37,711 nucleotides of DNA from an uncultured Leptospirales bacterium (GTDB lineage Bacteria; Spirochaetota; UBA4802; UBA5550), in the NCBI GenBank assembly GCA_964440335.1, contig CAYTSF010000004.1, positions 1 through 37,711 on the forward strand, given 5' to 3'. Of this stretch, positions 1 through 7,126 are shown in pieces. The translations under genes and the position numbers were made by a program. The notes under the pieces are model-generated. The model saw only the letters and a program-made list of their open reading frames with translations. It had not been told where the DNA came from and did not search any database. Position 1 is the first letter of the stretch. Each line of letters begins with the position of its first letter.

Positions 1-157
1 GGTCATGGATACAGTTGACCATGTGAACAGGAAGTACGGCACGGGCACTCTCTTTTACGCATCGGGCGGCATAGACAGGCCCTGGCACATGAGGCGGGGG
101 ATGCTTTCGCCCGCATGGACCACCAGGTGGGAGGATATCCCCCTTATCAGGATTTAG
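1..157 (+). CDS. umuC: 3' end of a Y-family (UmuC-type) translesion DNA polymerase gene, truncated by the window edge
   Basis: Frame 2 reads VMDTVDHVNRKYGTGTLFYASGGIDRPWHMRRGMLSPAWTTRWEDIPLIRI* (stop TAG at 155-157). This resembles the conserved extreme C-terminus of UmuC (..GxGTLxxAxxG..WxMxRxxLSPxxTTRW..). It is absent from the ORF track because it is open at the edge. Confidence 0.65.
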   Translation, partial: VMDTVDHVNRKYGTGTLFYASGGIDRPWHMRRGMLSPAWTTRWEDIPLIRI

Positions 158-165
158 ATGGATGT

Positions 166-999
166 TTAATATCGTGTGTTGTCAGGCGGGAAAATCTGAA
201 TGAATTGACGTCTGATTGAGTAATACACTCCGTTATGAAAGGTCAGGGGCATATACTCTTTGTTGTATTCCTTAATAAACTTTTTGTTATTTTCAAGACT
301 TGCAACTGTTCCGTTTGGTATCCCTTTCTCTATGCTCTCGGCAGAATATACCTCGTCACCTGTAAAGCAGAACTTCTGCCCATCTGCATCCATGTATATG
401 ACCGATGAACCTGCTGTGTGTCCGCCGATTCTTTTTACATTGAGTATTCCATACAGGTCAAAGGTGTCAGTAAAAGTTGTGATGTTCCCGCGGTCTTTAA
501 ACCTTGACATGGTATCTTTGCCGAACTTTCCGTTTTTGATCTGCTGCAATTCAGAATCGTTTATGATTATGCGGGCATTGATGTATGGAGAGATCCCTCC
601 TGCATGGTCAAAGTGGCCGTGCGTAATTATTATATCTGTTATATCTTCAGGTTTGATGTTGTTGTTCTTCAGTATTTCGACCGGTAATATAAAGTCTTTG
701 ATAGCGAAGAGTTTAATGTACGACGGGTTCTCGAATCCTGTATCTATGAGGATTTTTTTATCTTTGTATTCGATGTAGTAGCAGAGCCATGTGAATGCCA
801 GTTTCCTGGCCGGGCTTCCGCCCTGGAAAACATACTCTTCAGGAAAGAGCGATGCGCCGTATTTTACTGCATAAACCTTCAGTTGGGGCCTCCCGTTTTT
901 ACATCCTGCAGAAAAAACTGCAAGAATAGATGATGCAAGCAGTATGGCCGTAAGCAGCCATACATGCCGCATCATTTTGCCACGGGACAAATATATCAT
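166..999 (-). CDS. MBL-fold metallo-hydrolase, probably a secreted lipoprotein (lactonase/beta-lactamase-like)
   Basis: HxHxDH metal motif (IIITHGHFDHAGG). The N-terminal hydrophobic signal ends in a lipobox-like SAGC. The true start may be the internal MMRH (about 975/972). If 999 is used, it forms an ATGA start/stop overlap with the upstream gene. Confidence 0.75.
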   Translation of the reverse strand: MIYLSRGKMMRHVWLLTAILLASSILAVFSAGCKNGRPQLKVYAVKYGASLFPEEYVFQGGSPARKLAFTWLCYYIEYKDKKILIDTGFENPSYIKLFAIKDFILPVEILKNNNIKPEDITDIIITHGHFDHAGGISPYINARIIINDSELQQIKNGKFGKDTMSRFKDRGNITTFTDTFDLYGILNVKRIGGHTAGSSVIYMDADGQKFCFTGDEVYSAESIEKGIPNGTVASLENNKKFIKEYNKEYMPLTFHNGVYYSIRRQFIQIFPPDNTRY

Positions 1000-3809
1000 T
1001 TTTTTATGACCGCGAAAAGTCCAAGTGCCGCGACGTATGTGGCGAAACCTATGAGCAGCGTGGTGCTCATGCCGTAAGTAATGTTAAGCAGGAACGAAAG
1101 CGAAACCCCTATGGTGGAGAGAGCGCCGTTCACCCCGAACATGAGCGTTGCGTATTCGTTCGATATATCCTGCTTGATCTGCTCAAGGGCGTGGGGGAAT
1201 GGCATGCCCATGAAGAACGCAAGGGGAAAAATCAGCCCCGATGATATGTAGAGCTTTGCTGTGAAGCTGTACTTGGCGAACATGTTGAACACACTGTCAA
1301 GATAGAATGTCTGGAAGAGGATCATGACCGGTATTATTGCAACGCATATAACAAGAACGCGTTTGGAGAAGTTCCTGCTGACAAAGCTTCCGATGCCGCT
1401 GAATAGCAGCAGCCCGCCGAGTATGACCATGGTGGAATAGATAGGCGAACCGATGAACCTCTGGTACTTCTGCATGAGCACAAGTTCGATCATCATGAAG
1501 CCGAAACCGAGGAGGCCGAAGAAAACAGTATGCCCCATGAGGCGCAGCTTATTGGACCTGTACTTTATAATAAACAGTATAAGTATGGGTATGAGTAAAA
1601 GAGATGCGAACTTGAGAATCATGTCAAAGAAGTCCCTGACCTCTTTCTTGTTTGTGTAAATGTTGAAGGGGAACGGCTTGTCGTCGGTTGTAGGCGACAG
1701 GTCAAGTTCATAGGGGAACCCGGCCTGAACAAGGAGCGATTCAAGGCGCGCGTAGTCCGCCTCTTTCATGCTTTTCTTTTTCAGGTAATACTTTTTGTAA
1801 GTCTTATTGTACAGGTATATGTCCTCAATCCATTTTTTATCTTCAGGATTGACTATCTTTGCAAGGAGGTCGTTGTCGCGCTCCTTTGGTGTAAGGCTGT
1901 CCGGGTATTCCTTCACGTAGGTGATGGGGACAGGCGACTTGAAGTACTGCTCGAACTTATGGTTTGTCCTTATTGTGGGGTGCAGGAATATCTCGGACCC
2001 GTACTTGGGGGCGATTACGCTATGGTATCCGGCAAAGGTGGCAAGCTCCTTCTGCGTGAAAGGCGACCTCTTGATCATTACTGTCTGGAACTGTTTGCCT
2101 TTGCCCCAGAAGTCCCATGAAAAGACAATCACATGCTGCGAGGGGTCTTTTACTCCCATCTGTATAAGGGATTCCCTGATTGTGTTGAGAAACTTGTAGA
2201 ATGCAAACCTTCCGCGCTTGGTCTCTATGATCTCCTCGTAGACAAGCATCCCCTTGTCAGAGAGCTTGCCGAGCATCATCTGGAGCGCCTCAACCGTGTG
2301 CAGGTATTCCGGTGCAAGGGTGGCGATTGCTGTGTACTCGTAGTGCAGGTTCATGAGGGTTATCATGTCATACACTTCGCTGTTGCTCTGGAGGAAGTAC
2401 CTTCCCTCTGCCTGGTGGGCATCAACATCTTTGTAAGGATAACGGGCGAACTTCGAGAAATATCCCTCCTTGTTATCCTCCATCATGATGCGCATGATAA
2501 TGGGCGAGAATTCAACACCCGACACCTGTGAGCCCGGAAGCTGTTTGGCTGATTTGACTATACCGTCGTAGGAAAGACCTATGATGAATACCTTCGGATT
2601 GTCTATGTGGGGAACGCGCGGGTCCCAGTATGTTCCGTTGCTCTGGTCAACCGTGTCCAGGGCAATGGCGTTGGTGCAGAAGACTATGTTCCTGTCATCA
2701 ACAAGTTTCCCCTCCTTGTCAGTGCTGTCAAGGCCGAAGAGGTCAATTTTTCCCATGAGGTCATCCTCTGAGAGTATGAGCTTCCATGCAGGGTCCTTCA
2801 TGTGGCCGCACCACATCTTGATCTCTGCAAGGTCGTTTTTGTCATCGCACTTGAGCTTGAAATTTATGTCCAGGTTCTTCCAGTATTCGATTGACCTGGG
2901 GTCATCGCACAGGCCGTAACCTATGTTGCCGAGAATGTATTTTGACCTGAATATTTCGTAACCCGTACCTGTAAAATCGTAGGTATCGCTGTTGAGCCTG
3001 TACCTTGAGAGCATGAAATCTTTGTCGAACCTGTTTTTTATTCCGGGAAGGATCTTCTGTTCAAATTCACTCTTCGCAATGTGTTCAGGCTTCTTTAGGT
3101 TTTCCTTCATGATGTACCAGGTGCCGGTTGCCATGGCAATTGAAATGACAAGCGGGATGATCTTTACGAAGATATTCCTGAAGGCGAAGATCAGCATGAA
3201 AATCGCAGCAGCGGGGATGAACATTATGACTATGAGAGTATTCTCGGATTTGATTGAGCTCACGGTGAATATGGGAAATATTACACCCGCGGCAGAGGCA
3301 ACGAGGTTTGCGAAGTATATCTTGTTCGAGTTTGCCTTGGAAAAGAGCAGCGAAATTATGATGGCGGCAAAGAAAAATGGAAGCACAAGGAAGTAAGGGT
3401 AGCCGTATTCCCCGATCCTGACAATGTTGTAGTACGAAAGCGGAATCGACGCCGTAAAGAGGAGCGAGGCAACAAGTATGGTGCCGAATCCTCTCAGCCT
3501 GGCGAGGTAGAAGCTTATGAAACTTCCGAATGCAATGCCAAGGAGCGCAAGGGAAATTACAAATGTCGCAGTGAGGTAATTGGTGATGATGAGCAGCTGG
3601 TGCATGAATATTGTTTCAAGTGCCATTACTGCAAATGAAAAAAGGAACATTGCCGAATTGTAGACAATGCTGTCCATGATACTTCTCTTGTCTGTCATTG
3701 TATTCTCTTTTACGTTGAATTTTTTAAATACAGCAGATCCCTTCTCATCCTCACGGGAAAAATCCCTGGCGGAATTCTGAAAGGCCCTGCCTTCATATCT
3801 TTTTTTCAT
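996..3809 (-). CDS. 937-aa polytopic membrane protein: about 7 TM, an approximately 480-aa soluble domain (degenerate spermidine-synthase/methyltransferase-like), then about 7 TM
   Basis: There are two hydrophobic blocks, roughly residues 45-235 and 715-937. The central segment VFIIGLSYDG..VSGVEFSPIIM..YDMITLMNL resembles SAM-MTase/SpeE motifs I, II and post-II, but the GxGxG motif is lost. The two TM blocks share similar sequence (see findings). Confidence 0.6.
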   Translation of the reverse strand: MKKRYEGRAFQNSARDFSREDEKGSAVFKKFNVKENTMTDKRSIMDSIVYNSAMFLFSFAVMALETIFMHQLLIITNYLTATFVISLALLGIAFGSFISFYLARLRGFGTILVASLLFTASIPLSYYNIVRIGEYGYPYFLVLPFFFAAIIISLLFSKANSNKIYFANLVASAAGVIFPIFTVSSIKSENTLIVIMFIPAAAIFMLIFAFRNIFVKIIPLVISIAMATGTWYIMKENLKKPEHIAKSEFEQKILPGIKNRFDKDFMLSRYRLNSDTYDFTGTGYEIFRSKYILGNIGYGLCDDPRSIEYWKNLDINFKLKCDDKNDLAEIKMWCGHMKDPAWKLILSEDDLMGKIDLFGLDSTDKEGKLVDDRNIVFCTNAIALDTVDQSNGTYWDPRVPHIDNPKVFIIGLSYDGIVKSAKQLPGSQVSGVEFSPIIMRIMMEDNKEGYFSKFARYPYKDVDAHQAEGRYFLQSNSEVYDMITLMNLHYEYTAIATLAPEYLHTVEALQMMLGKLSDKGMLVYEEIIETKRGRFAFYKFLNTIRESLIQMGVKDPSQHVIVFSWDFWGKGKQFQTVMIKRSPFTQKELATFAGYHSVIAPKYGSEIFLHPTIRTNHKFEQYFKSPVPITYVKEYPDSLTPKERDNDLLAKIVNPEDKKWIEDIYLYNKTYKKYYLKKKSMKEADYARLESLLVQAGFPYELDLSPTTDDKPFPFNIYTNKKEVRDFFDMILKFASLLLIPILILFIIKYRSNKLRLMGHTVFFGLLGFGFMMIELVLMQKYQRFIGSPIYSTMVILGGLLLFSGIGSFVSRNFSKRVLVICVAIIPVMILFQTFYLDSVFNMFAKYSFTAKLYISSGLIFPLAFFMGMPFPHALEQIKQDISNEYATLMFGVNGALSTIGVSLSFLLNITYGMSTTLLIGFATYVAALGLFAVIKK

Positions 3810-3962
3810 GTTATAATGTTGCTTTTGTTGTATTTATTCCGGCAGATGCGGAAATCTGGCAAAGAATATTGTCATGATCAATAAAGTCAATTCATATCAC
3901 AATAAAAAAAACGTTAACCACGGGGTAAAATTCGCTTTTTGCCGCATGTACAGTTAAACAGC

Positions 3963-4688
3963 TCAGAAAGCTTTTAAGGGGGATGCTTTCTCTTTTGCAA
4001 TAAAATAATCAACGAGCAAACCCGTACTTCTGTAGTCAGCGAGAAATTCCAGCGAACTCGTTGTTGGAGTGACCATCTTCATTTTACCTTTTTTATGGCA
4101 GATAAGCGCCTCACCCGGATTCATCCATATAGATTCAACGAGTTCATCGCCGTCATGGGATATATGCTGGTCCGGCGGTACAATTGCCACGAAGAAGCGG
4201 GCGTCATAGCGTATGGGAGAATAAACAGGCGTTATCCATCTTGAAAGATAATGGAGACAGTCATATGCGGGTGTGAGTTTTTCTTCTCTGAGGACACTGT
4301 CAAAGGTCATTGAACGACCGGTCACACTGTTCCTGTAGGCGTTGAATTTCATGTGAACGCCGGGGAGGGATGTTTGGGCGATTTTTCCCGCAGCGTCATA
4401 GGCAAAAAGAATCCCTGATTCCTCGAAGGTCTCCCGGATCGCAGCATTGATATGAGTAAAGAGCTCATCCCTTGACCGTTCATCCTGCACTGATCTGTAA
4501 AGTGAAGGGGCACATGAGCATCCGCATACCCGGTCCTGTTTATCAACCGCTCCGCCGGGAAAAACAAAATATGAGGGGAGGAACCTGTCCTCCGCGCCCC
4601 TTTTCATCAGCAGCACCTCGATGCCTGCTTCGGCATGCGCATCCCTGATTACGGCTATTGTTGATGCGGGCCGTGGTTTTGCGAACAT
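3963..4688 (-). CDS. NUDIX-family hydrolase
   Basis: Core Nudix signature AAIRETFEESGILF (REx2EExGU), preceded by FPGGAVD. The upstream half of the box is interrupted by an insertion. The start lies directly next to the stop of the upstream gene (0-nt gap). Confidence 0.7.
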   Translation of the reverse strand: MFAKPRPASTIAVIRDAHAEAGIEVLLMKRGAEDRFLPSYFVFPGGAVDKQDRVCGCSCAPSLYRSVQDERSRDELFTHINAAIRETFEESGILFAYDAAGKIAQTSLPGVHMKFNAYRNSVTGRSMTFDSVLREEKLTPAYDCLHYLSRWITPVYSPIRYDARFFVAIVPPDQHISHDGDELVESIWMNPGEALICHKKGKMKMVTPTTSSLEFLADYRSTGLLVDYFIAKEKASPLKAF

Positions 4689-5618
4689 CTACATCATTCC
4701 CAGTTCCGAGAGCATTGCTTCGAAGTCTATCTGGTAGTTGTCGCTGCAGTGTTTGAGCAGCGCTCTGTAGCTGTTCATCTCCATGGCTGAATGGCGTGTA
4801 TTAGCAATGGTTTTCTTGATGTTGTGCGGAGTGCATATGTCGCCGTAAGCCCTGTAGAGCTTCATGGCATGATCAAAGACCGATATGATTTTTCTGCCGT
4901 TGTTTATGTTCATGTAAATCTCTGTGAGTTCGTTGCAGGCTTCAAGTATTGTGCGAACATTAACAGACTCCGATTCCATCTCATCCTCATAAGGGGGTAT
5001 CTTCAAAACCTTCATGTAAAACCTTATCGCGGACTCTTCATCTCTGAGGTTGTACTGGTATATGTAGCCTATACGGAACAGGGCCAGTATATAGTTTTCA
5101 TGAAGGGCCACAGCGTTCATGTAGGCGTTGATCACGAAACCGGGGTCTTTGCGCGTGGAAAAATTCGCGCCCAGTATAAACCATGCCTTGGGTGATGAAG
5201 GCTCGTTCTTCATGTATTCTTCAGCCTTTGTATGGGCCCGGTGTTCGCTGTCATCGAGCCTGGCGATCCTGCTTACAAGCTTTTCAAGGAGGATGTTTGC
5301 TTTCCTGACGAATTTTTTTCTGTTGCAGTACTGTATAATTTCTCTGTAGGCATCCTTTGCCTTTTCTTCAAATTCAATTTCGGAAGTTATAAATGCAAGC
5401 CTGTCATAAACCCTGGCCAGGAGCAGGCTGATTGCCGGCGTGGTGTAGCCGTGGTGTATGAGCTTCAGCAAAAGAGCCTCTGCATCATGGAGCCTGTTTT
5501 TCCTGAAAAGACGTTTTGCCTTCCTGAACATGACGTCCGGGTCAAATATATTCGGGTAGGTGGTACAGCTGTTGCGCCTGATTATATTCATACTTATTAT
5601 TTCGGCTGCTGAAACCAA
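4689..5618 (-). CDS. TPR-like helical repeat protein, function unknown
   Basis: Repeated amphipathic helix pairs with TPR-like A/Y/L spacing (AEALLLKLIHHGY..LLLARVYDRL, AWFILGANF..AYMNAVAL, ALFRIGYIYQY..AIRFYMKVLKI). No catalytic motif seen. Confidence 0.4.
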   Translation of the reverse strand: MVSAAEIISMNIIRRNSCTTYPNIFDPDVMFRKAKRLFRKNRLHDAEALLLKLIHHGYTTPAISLLLARVYDRLAFITSEIEFEEKAKDAYREIIQYCNRKKFVRKANILLEKLVSRIARLDDSEHRAHTKAEEYMKNEPSSPKAWFILGANFSTRKDPGFVINAYMNAVALHENYILALFRIGYIYQYNLRDEESAIRFYMKVLKIPPYEDEMESESVNVRTILEACNELTEIYMNINNGRKIISVFDHAMKLYRAYGDICTPHNIKKTIANTRHSAMEMNSYRALLKHCSDNYQIDFEAMLSELGMM

Positions 5619-5846
5619 ATCATGAAAAAAAATAGATAAGACTTCTTACAAAACACCGTTTTGCGATGTCATGGAAGCTCCCACAGAGGGATTAAGGGGC
5701 GCTGGCCATTGTCCCGGTTATAAAGATGAAAACGCAACAGATCTATATTTTAAGGTATAAAATATTTTCAGTGCATCAGCAGAGTGATTACTGATAATTA
5801 AAGTGATTATCCCTTCATAAACGCGCAATATGTGCGTTCAGCAAAC

Positions 5847-5868
5847 CTGCTGCCAGACAGCAGTTTTT
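5847..5868 (+). terminator. Rho-independent terminator-like hairpin with no annotated gene upstream
   Basis: CTGCTG (5847-5852), loop CCAGA, CAGCAG (5858-5863), followed by TTTTT (5864-5868). The A-rich left flank (AAAC) makes it weakly bidirectional. Confidence 0.4.
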
Positions 5869-6116
5869 GATTGAAAGTTTTTTCAGCATGATTTAACATG
5901 ATTTCATTTTATGAAAAACAGCCGAAGATACCGGAGTGTATCCTTTAGAAGTTATTTATCAATTAAAGCTCCTGTCAGAAACAGCGCAATGCAGCCTGTA
6001 ATTTTATTGAAAGGTTGCGCAATATCAGACTTGTTTCCTTAGCGGGTTTCTTACATGGTCTAAGGAACGGAGCCCTTGCTGATGTTGAGAAAGAATTCAA
6101 CTGAACCGGTGTAGAA

Positions 6117-6506
6117 ATGGATATTATCTGTAAAGAAAAACGGCATACCGGTAATCCTGCGCATGAAACCATTCCGGGAACTGAAAGTATTTTACTTGAG
6201 GATAAAAAAATCATATGCATAAACTGCCGGAGTATTATAGCTGATACTTCAGATTTGATACGTGATGGGGATTCTGACTTCAGTATTTTCAGGAACCCTG
6301 CCGGTATATTTTTCAGGGTGGCCTGTTTCAGCAGAACTCCGGGCTGCGTTACTGCGGGTGAATACACAGGCGAACACAGCTGGTTTGCCGGTTATAAATG
6401 GTGTTATGCCCTGTGCGGTTCATGTCATATTCACCTGGGATGGCATTTCATTTCAGGTGAAAATTCTTTCTGGGGGCTGATTGCGGACAGGCTTACGGGT
6501 TTCTGA
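6117..6506 (+). CDS. Stand-alone cereblon-type CULT (thalidomide-binding-like) domain protein
   Basis: CINC ... FRNPAGIFFRVACF ... EHSWFAGYKWCYALCGSCHIHLGWHF ... FWGLIADRL. This gives two CxxC zinc pairs and all three cage Trp, in the same order and spacing as the human CRBN C-terminal domain and the bacterial MsCI4-type single-domain homologues. Confidence 0.8.
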   Translation: MDIICKEKRHTGNPAHETIPGTESILLEDKKIICINCRSIIADTSDLIRDGDSDFSIFRNPAGIFFRVACFSRTPGCVTAGEYTGEHSWFAGYKWCYALCGSCHIHLGWHFISGENSFWGLIADRLTGF

Positions 6507-6564
6507 ACCATGAGGCTTTCTTTGTAAAGTTCAGTTCACCTGCACAGAAATAGCAGAAAATTTT

Positions 6565-6584
6565 AATGTTAATTCTTTAACATT
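6565..6584. repeat. 8-bp inverted repeat about 60 nt downstream of the CULT gene
   Basis: AATGTTAA (6565-6572), TTCT, TTAACATT (6577-6584). The stem is AT-rich and has no U-tract. Confidence 0.5.
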
Positions 6585-7026
6585 TATGTTAGCGTAAAAT
6601 TACAGTACCCGGCTCACTTCGGCTCCGGGGAGAATAAAATGTTTAATGCTATCTATAAATTCAGGATTTTTTATTGAAAAATTTCAGTAATAAGCCCTGA
6701 TTAATAATTTACAGCATTTTACTATGGCATTTCACGAAAGTATCAGGACTTTGTCATTCCGGTTTTGTCGCAGACAAATACTGGTATATCATAGAACCGG
6801 TACTATTGTATTCCCGCACCTGTGCTGAGCTTTGCCGAAGCATTCGCGGGAATGGCAACGGATGTACAAATACAAACCACTTTGCTTTTGTTTAAAAAAA
6901 ATCATATGTCTCCGCCGTCTCTGGCGCGGGATGCATGAGCCCTGTTTACTATAAGGGAGTTTTAAAAACTCATTCTTTACGGGACCAAAGGGGCGATGCC
7001 CATTTATAAGCCCCGCAGAGCTCCCT

Positions 7027-7057
7027 GCGGTTCCAAAAATAAAGTTTTTGGAACCGC
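7027..7057. repeat. Perfect 13-bp palindrome (hairpin or dimeric protein site) upstream of the glycosyltransferase gene
   Basis: GCGGTTCCAAAAA (7027-7039), TAAAG, TTTTTGGAACCGC (7045-7057). Its 5' GCGG is shared with a second possible stem, CCGCAG (7013-7018) / CTGCGG (7025-7030). Confidence 0.7.
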
Positions 7058-7074
7058 CCTTTAAAGAGTTGAGG

Positions 7075-7102
7075 AATAAATACTGTAAAATTTTGTAAAA
7101 AC
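7075..7102 (+). promoter_or_regulatory. Copy 1 of a shared upstream element (AATAAATACTGTAA..TTGTAAAAAC), promoter- or operator-like
   Basis: Identical at 22 of 28 ungapped positions to 27779-27806, including a 14-nt exact run. It contains the direct repeat TGTAAAA at 7084 and 7094 (10-bp spacing) and a TG + TAAAAT box. It lies 25 nt upstream of the TTG start at 7127. Confidence 0.4.
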
Positions 7103-7126
7103 AATTGATTACCGGATGATCAGAAC

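Noticed and set aside
260-778. 172-aa plus-strand ORF. The track also lists many similar antisense ORFs, for example 2133-2531, 7454-8074, 11726-12235, 12880-13434, 20607-21143, 22216-22647, 25552-25965, 26483-26935 and 31036-31455.
   Set aside because: Each lies fully inside, and antisense or out of frame to, a gene with strong family motifs. Their products are low-complexity (S/L/F/I-rich) with no motifs. They are shadow ORFs.
5975-6367. 130-aa minus-strand ORF overlapping the CULT gene.
   Set aside because: The plus-strand frame has an unmistakable CULT domain. The minus-strand product is S/L/P-rich with no motif or RBS.
7081-7102. TACTGTA strings (also at 27785, and on the minus strand at 6596-6612) that resemble an E. 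coli LexA half-site. This is notable given the umuC fragment at the window start.
   Set aside because: No inverted CAG partner lies at the CTGT-N8-ACAG spacing in any copy. The element reads better as direct repeats or an extended -10. The umuC promoter itself is outside the window.
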